NCBI GenBank assembly: GCA_963744665.1
Contig: CAVUUM010000003.1
Location: 62,508-126,507 of the forward strand
Direction: 5' to 3'
Source of the DNA: an uncultured delta proteobacterium
GTDB lineage: Bacteria; Desulfobacterota; Desulfobacteria; Desulfobacterales; B30-G6
DNA: 64,000 bases
This document shows positions 19,502-29,026 of the stretch, one piece after another; position 1 is the stretch's first letter; each line of letters opens with the position of its first letter. The notes under the pieces were generated by a model. It searched no databases. It worked only from the letters and a program-made list of their open reading frames with translations, and was not told the DNA's origin. The position numbers were made by a program, and so were the translations under genes.

Positions 19502-20266
19502 TCAATGCTGTGTGTTGCCTGATAAACGTGATTCCAGAAAATAATTCATCTGTCTGTACCACCAGGGCCAGTCATGGTTGACATCATGGCCCCAGTAGTC
19601 GATACGGGCCGGGATGGATTTTTCCCTGAACAGAAAATCCAGGCGGCGGGTATCTTCAATGGCTTCATCCTCCCAGGCCCCCTGTCCCACACACACAACA
19701 ACCCTGCTCCGCCGGTACCAATCCAGATACCATGGATCGTTCATGCCGGGCAGATAACTCAAGGGAGAGTTATAATAGACGTCGGACAATTCAACCGCCG
19801 ACACTTGAAATTCGGGCCGGTCCAGGCGGTAGAGACCGCTCAGGGCGATGGTACCGTCAAAGACATCCGGATGCTTTAAAAAAAAATTTACCGCATGGTA
19901 AGCGCCCATGCTGCAGCCGTTCGCCATTACCCGCGCATGCGGCGAGCGACAGTGGTGGCGGATAAAGGGAATCACCTCCTCCACGATGTAACGATCGTAA
20001 GCTTCGTGTCGGGCATTGCGATCATGGGGAGAAACAGCAAAATTGTACCAGGATGTTTCATCGACACTGTCCACACAAAACAGTTTGATTCTACCGGCAT
20101 TGATAAAGCCGGCAATGGCGTCGATCATTCCCATACCCTCATAATCGAAATATCGTCCACGGGAGCAGGGAAAAACCATAGTTGGCTGCCCCCAATGACC
20201 GTAGATCTTCAGGGCCATATCACGCTTCAGGTGCTCGCTCCACCAGCAGTGTTCTTCAATGTGCAT
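19502..20266 (-). CDS. esterase-family alpha/beta hydrolase
   Basis: 254 aa with a GCSMGAY nucleophile elbow, similar to the putative-esterase family. Confidence 0.65.
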   Translation of the reverse strand: MHIEEHCWWSEHLKRDMALKIYGHWGQPTMVFPCSRGRYFDYEGMGMIDAIAGFINAGRIKLFCVDSVDETSWYNFAVSPHDRNARHEAYDRYIVEEVIPFIRHHCRSPHARVMANGCSMGAYHAVNFFLKHPDVFDGTIALSGLYRLDRPEFQVSAVELSDVYYNSPLSYLPGMNDPWYLDWYRRSRVVVCVGQGAWEDEAIEDTRRLDFLFREKSIPARIDYWGHDVNHDWPWWYRQMNYFLESRLSGNTQH

Positions 20267-20320
20267 GTGAATTTCCTGTTTCCTTTGGGTGATCCATTTT
20301 TTTCTTGCGGCTTGAACGGC

Positions 20321-21484
20321 TTATGATTTGATTTGATGAATAAACCGAACAATTTCAAAGAGTTCATCCAGACGCCTGCATCTGAAAATATAGCCCATAT
20401 CGCCCAGGGCGCTGCTGAATACCCCGGGAACACTTTCGATCTGGAACATAAAGGCGCCATAGCGTGACAGGATATCCTCATGGCTGTTTGCATAGCGTTG
20501 ATTGCTTTTGCGGCTGGCATAACAGCAATGGTAGTCCCGTGCGTAATTCAAATCTGTTTGATTGTCTACCAGCAGGTTAGCCCAGATCCGGTAGATGTCG
20601 ATATCACAGGCATAGTTAAACATATCGGTGGTATAACCGCCTGGAGGCCGCATGTTGACCTCCAGGGCCACATAACGGTCCTCGGCCGTCTTAAAGAATT
20701 CCATGTGGAAAAACCGCTCTCTCACGTCAAACGCCTTGAGGCATTCGAAGCCGATCTTTTCCAGGTCGGCCGGCATGTCCCGCAAGGAGTAGTAATAGAC
20801 GTGGCGCGCCTCGTTGACGGTTTCCATGATACCCTGGCTGTACGTGTGGGCCGTGTAAAAAACCGGCTTGCCGTCCCGGTCGGTCAGTCCGTCAAAGGAA
20901 TAGATGGTACCGTCGATGAATTCTTCCATGATATAGTCGGTTCCGGGCCTGGTCTTAAAAAAAACATCGAGCTCCCGGTCATTGTCGATGCGATAGGTGT
21001 CGATGGCACCCACACCGGCATCCGGTTTGACCACCACCGGATAACCGGTTTCACGAATCAGGGAGCGAGCATCGTCGATATTGTCTACCACCTGTCCCCG
21101 TGCCACGGCTACGCCGGCATCGCGAAATCTGTCCTTCATAAAAGATTTGCGGCGAATGAAATCGATGTCGGTACCGCGAACACCGAAGATGTTAAAATCA
21201 TCCCGTAAGCGGGCCTCGGTGCTCAACCAGTATTCATTCAGGGAGTCAAGACGATCGATTTTTCCGTAGCGGTGGGTAAAAAAACCACAGGCCCGTACCA
21301 GGGCATCATCGTCGTGCATGTCATCGACTTGAAAATACTCGGTCAGTGCGCTGCGAACATCCGCCGATAAGTTGTCGTAGGGTTCGTCACCGATACCCAA
21401 AACATTGGCACCGACCGTTTTCAGGTTCAGACAGAACCGGAAGAAATGGGGAGGAAAATGGGGCGACAGAAAGACAACATTCAT
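20321..21484 (-). CDS. ATP-grasp domain protein
   Basis: GYPVVVKPDAGVGAIDTYRI..., IMEEFIDG and ALEVNMRPPGG are typical ATP-grasp segments. Confidence 0.75.
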   Translation of the reverse strand: MNVVFLSPHFPPHFFRFCLNLKTVGANVLGIGDEPYDNLSADVRSALTEYFQVDDMHDDDALVRACGFFTHRYGKIDRLDSLNEYWLSTEARLRDDFNIFGVRGTDIDFIRRKSFMKDRFRDAGVAVARGQVVDNIDDARSLIRETGYPVVVKPDAGVGAIDTYRIDNDRELDVFFKTRPGTDYIMEEFIDGTIYSFDGLTDRDGKPVFYTAHTYSQGIMETVNEARHVYYYSLRDMPADLEKIGFECLKAFDVRERFFHMEFFKTAEDRYVALEVNMRPPGGYTTDMFNYACDIDIYRIWANLLVDNQTDLNYARDYHCCYASRKSNQRYANSHEDILSRYGAFMFQIESVPGVFSSALGDMGYIFRCRRLDELFEIVRFIHQIKS

Positions 21485-21828
21485 AACGATTTCCTTTTAC
21501 AATGCGTTTCAAACAGACCGAGCTTTCGTGAATCTGCGTATCGGCGATTCCCCATGCAAACAATTCTGGGATGTTTGAAGAGGTCCCTGCAGCAAGCGAC
21601 GGAAAATGCGCTCACTATCTCCGTTCAACTACCTGTACACGTGTCATCGATAATGTAAAGAAATTTATCCGAATAGCCGGTGAAAACTTGTGATTGTTCT
21701 TCTCTCATTGCCCCGAATTTTTTTTTGCTAGGATGGGCCTGGTTGTGTTATGAGTCATCAGGACGACGAACCATGAACCAAAATCACGACGCCACCGGCG
21801 AAACCTTTTCAAGCGTGGGAGGCTTCAA

Positions 21829-22308
21829 ATGATTCAAACCATCCAGTTTTTCCTCAACGACAAACCCGTCCGTATCGAAGTTGACGATGATCGAACGCTC
21901 CTGTGGGTTTTGAGAAACGATCTGGACCTTACCGGAGCGAAATTTGGTTGCGGAGAGGGTTTGTGCGGTGCTTGTACAGTCCTTTTAGACGACGAGGCGG
22001 TTCCATCCTGTCAACTGTCCGTGGGATATATCGCGGGACGGAACATAAAAACGATTGAGGGACTCGCCAAAAACGGCCAGCTTCACCCTATCCAAAAAGC
22101 CTTTATCAAGCACGACGCGCTTCAATGCGGATTCTGCACCCCCGGCATGATTCTCAAGGCCTACAGCCTCCTGGTATCGAACCCGGAACCCACCCGTGAT
22201 CAAATCATTTCGGGAATGGACGACAATCTATGCCGATGCGGTGCCCACGTTCGGATTGTTCAGGCCATTCAAACCGCATCCAAAGCGTTGAAAGGAGGCC
22301 GGTTATGA
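21829..22308 (+). CDS. (2Fe-2S)-binding small subunit of an aldehyde oxidase/xanthine dehydrogenase-family enzyme (IorA-like)
   Basis: GCGEGLCGACTV and CGFCTPGM...CRCGAH motifs. Confidence 0.85.
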   Translation: MIQTIQFFLNDKPVRIEVDDDRTLLWVLRNDLDLTGAKFGCGEGLCGACTVLLDDEAVPSCQLSVGYIAGRNIKTIEGLAKNGQLHPIQKAFIKHDALQCGFCTPGMILKAYSLLVSNPEPTRDQIISGMDDNLCRCGAHVRIVQAIQTASKALKGGRL

Positions 22309-24482
22309 GGAGAAACGAAAATATTGTGGGTGAAAAACCTGGACTGGCCGCTCCGCTGGCTTTGATGAACAGGAGGGAGTTTTTAAAGCGTATGGGCCTG
22401 ATGGGCGGCGGCCTCATCATTTATGGCACCCTGGGAGATAAATCAGCACAAGCCCGAGCACCGAGAACGGGCTATGCCGGCAGCAATATACCCGTCGATT
22501 TCAATGCTTTTCTGCGCATCGGCATCGATAACCGGGTGACCTGTTTCGTGGGAAAAATCGAAATGGGCCAAGGCCCCATCACCTCCTTTGCCCAGATGCT
22601 GGCCGAAGAACTCGATGTCACGTATGAATCGGTGGACATGGTCATGGGGGATACAGACCGGTGCCCGTGGGACGCCGGAACATGGGGATCCCTTTCAACC
22701 CGTTATTATGGTATTTTCGTCAAAGAAGCCGCCTGTGAAGCCAAGGGTGTTCTGAAAGAGCTGGCTGCCGAGAAGCTTTCATGCCCTGTAACCCGCCTGG
22801 AAACGGAAAAAGGCAACATCTTCGACAGAGATCGGCCCATGTCCAGGGTGACCTATGGAGAGCTGACTGCCGGGAAAACCATCGAAAGACATTTGAAGGA
22901 CCTGCCACCCCTGAAACCCGCATCCGAATACACCATCAGCGGCAAACCCTATCTTCGGCGGGATGCGCTCGACAAGGTTACCGGCCGGGCACAGTACACG
23001 GCGGATATCCGGCTGCCGGGGATGGTCTATGCCAGGATATTGAGACCCCCCGCCCATGGTGCCAGACTGCTAGACGTGAATACTTCTGTCGCTGAAAAGA
23101 TGAAAGACGTCCAGGTCGTTCGCGATGGTGACCTGATTGCCGTTCTGCACCCCCACCCGGACGGTGCCGCAAGGGCCCTGGCCAGTGTCGAGGCCAAATT
23201 TGATCTCCCGGATACAGGCATCAACGACGAAACCATCTTCGAGCATCTGCTAAAAAAGGCTCCGGAACCGGTCGTTGCGTCCGCAGCGGGTAATCTCGAG
23301 AAGGGCCGCAAACAGGCCGCTACGATTGTCGAGGAAACCTATCTCAACAGTTATGTATCCCACGCGCCCATGGAGCCCCATGCAGCATTGGCCTCCGTCC
23401 AAGGAAACAGCGCAACGGTGTGGGCCTCGACACAAACGCCCTTTGGTGTTCAAAAAATCCTGTCCCAGACGCTGGGCCTGGCCATGGAAAATGTTCGCGT
23501 GATTACACCTTTCGTGGGCGGTGGCTTCGGGGGTAAGTCGGCATCTGGCCAGGCTGTCGAAGCGGCGAGACTATCCAGGCGATCCGCCAAACCCGTCATG
23601 GTTATGTGGACCCGTGAGGAGGAATTCTTTTTCGACACTTTCCGGCCTGCCGCTGTGGTCAAAATCCGGTCGGGTATCGACGACACCGGGCATATGACGT
23701 TTTGGGACTACCATGTCTATTTTGCCGGCCGAAGAGGCTGCGAGAACTTTTACGAAATTCCCCACCATCGTGAATCGGTCTACGGAGAATGGCGAATAGC
23801 CCCGGGTGTCCACCCCTTTGCCGTAGGCCCCTGGCGTGCCCCCGCGGCAAACACCAACATTTATGCCAGGGATCTGCACATGAGCATCATGGCATCCACG
23901 GCTGGCATAGATCCCCTGGAATTTCGCCTGCGCCACCTGAAAGACAATCGAATGCGTGGGGTTCTCCTGGCAGCTGCGGAAAAATTCGGCTGGACATCCT
24001 CGAAAACACCCAGTGGCCATGGTTACGGGATATCCTGCGGCATCGATGCAGAGACGTATGTGGCTTCCATGGCAGAGGTCGAGGTGAATCGCAGCAGTGG
24101 AATGATCGATGTGAAACGGGTCGTTTGTGCGCAGGATATGGGTCAGGTAATCAATCCACAGGGGGCTACCATACAGATGGAAGGTTGTATTACCATGGGC
24201 TTGGGCTATGCACTGAGCGAAGAGATTCACTTCAGCAACGGCCGCCTTCTGGATGTCAACTTCGATACCTATAGCATACCGCAATTTTCATGGCTTCCCA
24301 AAATCGAAACCGTGATTGTACCGAACCCGTCACTTGGACCCAAAGGCGGTGGCGAGCCGGCCATTGTCTGTATGGGCGGCGTACTGGCCACGGCTGTGTA
24401 CGATGCCACCGGAGCCAAAGTCCGCCAACTCCCAATGACACCGGAGCGTGTTAAAAGGGCGCTAAAAAATAAGGCTGCCTGA
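22305..24482 (+). CDS. molybdopterin-binding large subunit (IorB-like) with a Tat signal
   Basis: ATGA overlap with the upstream gene. Twin-arginine motif NRREFLKRMGLMGGG. Aldehyde-oxidase-family segments GGGFGGK and GEPA. Confidence 0.85.
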   Translation: MRRNENIVGEKPGLAAPLALMNRREFLKRMGLMGGGLIIYGTLGDKSAQARAPRTGYAGSNIPVDFNAFLRIGIDNRVTCFVGKIEMGQGPITSFAQMLAEELDVTYESVDMVMGDTDRCPWDAGTWGSLSTRYYGIFVKEAACEAKGVLKELAAEKLSCPVTRLETEKGNIFDRDRPMSRVTYGELTAGKTIERHLKDLPPLKPASEYTISGKPYLRRDALDKVTGRAQYTADIRLPGMVYARILRPPAHGARLLDVNTSVAEKMKDVQVVRDGDLIAVLHPHPDGAARALASVEAKFDLPDTGINDETIFEHLLKKAPEPVVASAAGNLEKGRKQAATIVEETYLNSYVSHAPMEPHAALASVQGNSATVWASTQTPFGVQKILSQTLGLAMENVRVITPFVGGGFGGKSASGQAVEAARLSRRSAKPVMVMWTREEEFFFDTFRPAAVVKIRSGIDDTGHMTFWDYHVYFAGRRGCENFYEIPHHRESVYGEWRIAPGVHPFAVGPWRAPAANTNIYARDLHMSIMASTAGIDPLEFRLRHLKDNRMRGVLLAAAEKFGWTSSKTPSGHGYGISCGIDAETYVASMAEVEVNRSSGMIDVKRVVCAQDMGQVINPQGATIQMEGCITMGLGYALSEEIHFSNGRLLDVNFDTYSIPQFSWLPKIETVIVPNPSLGPKGGGEPAIVCMGGVLATAVYDATGAKVRQLPMTPERVKRALKNKAA

Positions 24483-24521
24483 TGTCCCAGCGTATCTGAT
24501 CATCATGGAAAGTATTCTTAC

Positions 24522-24625
24522 TATAGGGGTTGTCAGAAAAACGTTCCGATTGAGGACCGTTTTTCTGCTACAAACCCTTATACCGCCATCATATTTTCGG
24601 AACATTATTATGACAAGCGGTATAA
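24522..24625 (+). mobile_element. 104-nt repeat element, copy B
   Basis: Identical to copy A. It lies 39 nt downstream of the iorB-like stop on the same strand. Confidence 0.8.
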
Positions 24626-24672
24626 TATCTATCCACTGATGATCTGGACCGCCTGGAAACCCTGGCATATGC

Positions 24673-25059
24673 CTAACGGTTCAAGAGAAGTTGCCCGGTG
24701 ACGGCACCCAGGATGCCTCCCGCGGCATCCGCCAGCACATCCACGATGTCGGCCGTTCGTGAAGGCACAAAGTACTGATGGATTTCGTCACTGATGCCAT
24801 AAAGCGACGAAGCCAGCGCACTGAAAATCACCAACAGCACGGCATTTTTCTGGATGCTTGTCGTTTGAAACACACGAAAAAAAAGAAACCCGAGCAGCGC
24901 ATAGGCACCGGTATGCGCCAGCTTGTCCATATGGGGAATCGAGGGAAGGCTTTGGGTGGCCGGATAGGATGACTGGATAAAGATCAAAAGACAGTAGAGA
25001 ATTACCGGCAGCCAGTAAAAAACAAAGATCCTCGGTTGTGTGCTTGAAGAAACCGCCAT
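24673..25059 (-). CDS. VanZ-like membrane protein
   Basis: 128 aa with four hydrophobic segments and the DKLAHTGAYALLGFLF motif. Confidence 0.7.
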   Translation of the reverse strand: MAVSSSTQPRIFVFYWLPVILYCLLIFIQSSYPATQSLPSIPHMDKLAHTGAYALLGFLFFRVFQTTSIQKNAVLLVIFSALASSLYGISDEIHQYFVPSRTADIVDVLADAAGGILGAVTGQLLLNR

Positions 25060-25105
25060 GTTTGGATGTCGTTACGCCGCTTTTCAATAAATTTGGCTAA
25101 CAGTC

Positions 25106-25177
25106 CTGGATTCCCGCCTTCGCTGGAATGACGATTCAGCCTCAGCACCTGTCATTCCCACGGAAGCAAGAATCCAG
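25106..25177. repeat. GGAATGAC-type inverted hairpin pair
   Basis: CTGGATTCCCGCCTTCGCTGGAATGACG...GTCATTCCCACGGAAGCAAGAATCCAG. It is related to 33623-33689. Confidence 0.7.
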
Positions 25178-25206
25178 TGAGTACGATCAAACGATTAGAA
25201 CCTATC

Positions 25207-25434
25207 TCAAAATCCCGTTGTCGGTCGCCTCTTTCCGAATCGTTTTTCACAAGGGGCGTTCTTGGTCACATGTTTCTGCAACACATCACACCACAAGGAT
25301 CGAAATGTGCGGCAGCTGCCATCCATGGCGTCCAGTTTGGCAAAGTCGGCATGCGGGCAGCGGTTGTCACACCATTGAATCTCATGGGTTGTGACGCCAG
25401 CATTGCCCGGCTCTTTTGTTTTCGTTTTTGCCAT
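25207..25434 (-). CDS. small Cys-rich hypothetical protein
   Basis: 75 aa counting from MAKTKTKEPG, with 6 Cys (WCDNRCPH...GSCRTF...LWCD...APC). It is co-directional with and just downstream of thrS. I recognise no domain. Confidence 0.35.
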   Translation of the reverse strand: MAKTKTKEPGNAGVTTHEIQWCDNRCPHADFAKLDAMDGSCRTFRSLWCDVLQKHVTKNAPCEKRFGKRRPTTGF

Positions 25435-25447
25435 ACAAAATACCGCC

Positions 25448-25470
25448 ATAAAATTGTGTGCCGATTTTAT
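25448..25470. repeat. ATAAAATYG-N5-CGATTTTAT palindrome, copy 1
   Basis: ATAAAATTG-tgtgc-CGATTTTAT overlaps the thrS stop codon. Confidence 0.8.
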
Positions 25471-27380
25471 TGAAACAGATTCAGCGCCAGTTCCCTGTCC
25501 TGGATATGCTTAGAGACCGCCTCAATAAATTCATCCCGGGGAACACCCATTTTGACGTGACCGTCCAAAGTCCGCACGGAAAGCGTATTGGATGCCTGCT
25601 CCTTGGCACCGATGGTGAGAATTAAGGGGATATTGGTCAGTTGGGCCCCACGAATCTTTTTGTTGAGGCTTTCCGTTCTGCTGTCCACCTCGGTACGCAG
25701 CCCGGCCTTTTCCAAAACGCCCTTTATTTCAAGGGCATAGGGAATAAGTTCGTCATTGATGGGAAGGGCCACGGCCTGAACCGGCGCCATCCACAAGGGG
25801 AACTTGCCTGCAAAGTGTTCAATCAAAATACCCAGAAATCGCTCGATGGACCCCAAAATGGTGCGATGGATCATGATGGGACGATGCTTCTCATTGTCCT
25901 GGGCAATATAACTCAGATCAAACCGTTCCGGCAGGGACATGTCCAGCTGGATCGTACCACACTGCCACGTTCGTTTCAGGGCATCTTGGATGTGCAGATC
26001 GATTTTAGGGCCATAAAAGGCACCATCGCCCTCATTGAGTCGATATTCACGGTCGTAGGCCTCCAGCGCGCCCCGCAGTCCTTCTGTGGCCACGTCCCAC
26101 TGTTCGTCGGTTCCAATCGACTTTTCAGGCCTGGTGGAAAGCTCCAGATTGAAATCAAGACCAAAGGTCCCGTATATCCGTTCCGCCAGTTGCAGGGCTC
26201 CCAAGATTTCAGCTCGAATCTGATCCGGTGTCATGAAAATATGGGCATCATCCTGATGAAAAGCCCTGACCCGGAAAAGACCCGCCAGAACACCGCTCAT
26301 CTCGTGCCGGTGGACAAGACCGACCTCTGCCGCCCGGATGGGAAACTCCCGGTAAGAATGAGGTCGTGTTCCGTAAAGCAACATGCCACCGGGACAATTC
26401 ATGGGCTTGATGGCATAATCTTCTTCATCCACCATGCTGGTGTACATATTTTCACGATAGTTTTCCCAGTGACCGCTCCGCTCCCACAAGGTACGATTCA
26501 GCATAATCGGGGTTTTGGTCTCCACATAACCTGCGGTCTTGTGCTCATAACGCCAGTATTCCAACAGGCAATTCCAGAGCTCCATACCCTTGGCATGAAA
26601 AAAGGGCATACCCGGTGCCTCGTCATGAAAGCTGAACAGATCCAATGCTTCGCCGATTTTACGGTGATTCCGTTTTTTTGCCTCTTCAAGGTATCGGAGA
26701 TGGTCTTTCAACTCTTTTTTGTTGAAAAAGGCCGTCCCATATAATCGCTGCAACTGCGCCCTGGTCTGGTCGGCGCGCCAGTATGCACCAGACACCTTGG
26801 TCAGCTTGATGGCTTTGACAAATCCGGTGTGAGGCACATGGGGTCCCCGGCATAGATCTGTGAATTCCCCCTGTTCGTAAAGAGATATCTGACCGTCTTC
26901 CAGCGCTGAAATCATTTCCAGTTTATAGGGTTCATCCTTGTAGAACGCCAGGGCTTCGGCTTTGGAGACCTCACTTCGCTGGATGGGAATTTTCTCTTTC
27001 ACCAGCTTTTTGATCTCGGCTTCGATTTTGGGGAAGTCATCCTCCGAAACCGGTTCCATGTCGATATCGTAATAAAACCCGTCCTCGATCACCGGGCCGA
27101 TGGTCAGTTTGGCGTCCTTGTATACTCTCAGCACGGCCTGTGCCATGACGTGGGCGGCACTGTGGCGCATGATTTCCAGGGCTTCCTTGTCCCGGGTCGT
27201 TATCAGCCGGATCGCAGCATCTTTCTTTACAACCGTGCTCATGTCGACTAGATTGCCATCCAGTTCCATGGCCACACTGTCCCGGGCCAGACCTTCCGAT
27301 ATACTTCCGGCAATCTCAAAACCGGTGGGAAAGTCATCAAAAGACTTTGTGCTTCCGTCTGGAAATGTTATATTGATCAT
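25467..27380 (-). CDS. thrS: threonyl-tRNA synthetase
   Basis: 637 aa with a TGS domain, an editing domain (HSAAHVMAQA) and class II core motifs. Confidence 0.95.
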   Translation of the reverse strand: MINITFPDGSTKSFDDFPTGFEIAGSISEGLARDSVAMELDGNLVDMSTVVKKDAAIRLITTRDKEALEIMRHSAAHVMAQAVLRVYKDAKLTIGPVIEDGFYYDIDMEPVSEDDFPKIEAEIKKLVKEKIPIQRSEVSKAEALAFYKDEPYKLEMISALEDGQISLYEQGEFTDLCRGPHVPHTGFVKAIKLTKVSGAYWRADQTRAQLQRLYGTAFFNKKELKDHLRYLEEAKKRNHRKIGEALDLFSFHDEAPGMPFFHAKGMELWNCLLEYWRYEHKTAGYVETKTPIMLNRTLWERSGHWENYRENMYTSMVDEEDYAIKPMNCPGGMLLYGTRPHSYREFPIRAAEVGLVHRHEMSGVLAGLFRVRAFHQDDAHIFMTPDQIRAEILGALQLAERIYGTFGLDFNLELSTRPEKSIGTDEQWDVATEGLRGALEAYDREYRLNEGDGAFYGPKIDLHIQDALKRTWQCGTIQLDMSLPERFDLSYIAQDNEKHRPIMIHRTILGSIERFLGILIEHFAGKFPLWMAPVQAVALPINDELIPYALEIKGVLEKAGLRTEVDSRTESLNKKIRGAQLTNIPLILTIGAKEQASNTLSVRTLDGHVKMGVPRDEFIEAVSKHIQDRELALNLFQ

Positions 27381-27396
27381 TGTTGGTCACCTTGTC

Positions 27397-27419
27397 ATAA
27401 AATCGTTTTTCGATTTTAT
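27397..27419. repeat. ATAAAATCG-N5-CGATTTTAT palindrome, copy 2
   Basis: ATAAAATCG-ttttt-CGATTTTAT lies 17 nt upstream of the thrS start codon. Confidence 0.8.
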
Positions 27420-27562
27420 GTGTTTCAGGAGATGGGAACGTTTTTTTCAAACACCTAAGCACTCAATGTTTTAAAGAAAATTCCCGAATGCCTGTTTAAT
27501 AATCCGTAAACGCTTTTATTTAGGTCAATTGCAGCACTGGGTCAAGAAGAAATTGGTGAGAC

Positions 27563-28708
27563 ATGCAGCAAGATTCTGAATTTCAATTTGAATTCGTAGA
27601 CACACCATCCGGCTTGGAGGTTGTCTTGAAAGCCCTCCGGGGTGTCGATGCCATCGCTGTGGATCTGGAGGCAGACTCCATGTTCCACTTTCAGGAAAAA
27701 GTCTGTCTGATTCAGATAGCCTCGCTCCGCCACCTGTTTATCGTGGACCCCATACAGGTCAGGGACCTATCGGCTCTTAAACCCTTGTTCGGGAACCATC
27801 GGATTAAAAAGGTCTTCCATGGATCCGACTATGATGTTCGCTCCCTTTTCAGAGACTTCGACATCGTTATACACAACCTTTTCGATACGGAACTGGCCTC
27901 ACGATTTCTGGGTTTCCAGCAAAGCGGTCTGGATGCCATGCTTCAGACTTTTTTCAATGTCAAACTGGAGAAAAAATACCAGAAAAAAGACTGGTCCATG
28001 AGACCCCTGCCCCAAGCCATGATACGTTATGCAGCCAAGGACGTTCACCACCTTCTTCCCCTGGCGAAACGTTTGGAAGAAGATCTTTCCCAAAAAAACC
28101 GCTTGGCCTGGGTCGAGGAAGAATGTGACCTGCTGAGCAAAGTTCGACCCAACGCAACAAAGACAGAGCCGTTGTTTCTCAGCTTCAAAGGGGCTGGCAG
28201 ACTGCCACCGGAAGACCTGGCTGTCCTCGAGGCACTTCTGACCTGGCGCAAACAGGCTGCCCGAAAAAAGGACCTTCCGCTTTTCAAAGTTGTCGGCAAC
28301 AACGCCTTACTGACCCTGGTTCGAAGAAAACCCCAGACAAGGGAAAGCCTGGAAGCGAGTCGCGCCCTGAGCGCCAAACAGACCCGCATGTATGGCCGCC
28401 AGTTGTTGGGTGCCATCAGCAAAGGCCTGAAAACGCCGGGAGATTGCCTCCCCATCTACCCCAAGACACGTGCCCCCAGGTTGCCGGAGTCGAAAATCCG
28501 ACTATCCAAAAAGCTGAAAAACTGGAAAGAAAAAAAAGCAGCCGACCTGGCCATTGACCCTGCTCTGGTTTTGAATAAATCCCAGACAATGGACATCGCC
28601 AGAGTCTCCCCTCTTGCCATAGGTGAACTGGATGGCATCGCCAGCCTCAAGTCTTGGCAGATCCGAGAATTTGGAGAAGAGATTATTCGCTGTATCAATA
28701 AAAAATAG
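27563..28708 (+). CDS. rnd: ribonuclease D
   Basis: DEDDy 3'-5' exonuclease domain (AVDLEADSMFHF, VFHGSDYDVRSL, YAAKDVHHL) plus HRDC-like C-terminal repeats. Confidence 0.85.
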   Translation: MQQDSEFQFEFVDTPSGLEVVLKALRGVDAIAVDLEADSMFHFQEKVCLIQIASLRHLFIVDPIQVRDLSALKPLFGNHRIKKVFHGSDYDVRSLFRDFDIVIHNLFDTELASRFLGFQQSGLDAMLQTFFNVKLEKKYQKKDWSMRPLPQAMIRYAAKDVHHLLPLAKRLEEDLSQKNRLAWVEEECDLLSKVRPNATKTEPLFLSFKGAGRLPPEDLAVLEALLTWRKQAARKKDLPLFKVVGNNALLTLVRRKPQTRESLEASRALSAKQTRMYGRQLLGAISKGLKTPGDCLPIYPKTRAPRLPESKIRLSKKLKNWKEKKAADLAIDPALVLNKSQTMDIARVSPLAIGELDGIASLKSWQIREFGEEIIRCINKK

Positions 28709-28965
28709 GGTCCGAGGGTTCGAGGATTCCAGGGTTCAAGGGTAGCTCACAGCAATTAGCAAATAGTCACCCACATCTTATAATGTCAATACTTCTGAGC
28801 GTTTTCAGCTGAACGCGAAATCGAATAATCCTCTGGCACTATTGCGAACTCGCCGCAAGGGCTCCTAACATCAGCGCCGGTCATATGGTTAAACTGGGAT
28901 GCTGCTGTTCATTACTGCTTTCAGCTACCCTCGAACCCTTGTATCACCCTTGAACCCTTGGACCC
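28708..28965. repeat. inverted arrays of 8-nt GGTYCRAG words flanking a roughly 170-bp core
   Basis: Left arm: GGGTCCGAGGGTTCGAGGATTCCAGGGTTCAAGGGTAGCTC. Right arm: AGCTACCCTCGAACCCTTGTATCACCCTTGAACCCTTGGACCC. The core contains TTAGCA-17 nt-TATAAT (28756-28784). Confidence 0.8.
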
Positions 28966-29026
28966 TTTTATTATACTTTATCAGAGAAGTAACTTGCCTG
29001 CCTAAAAAAATGTATAGAGATCTTAA

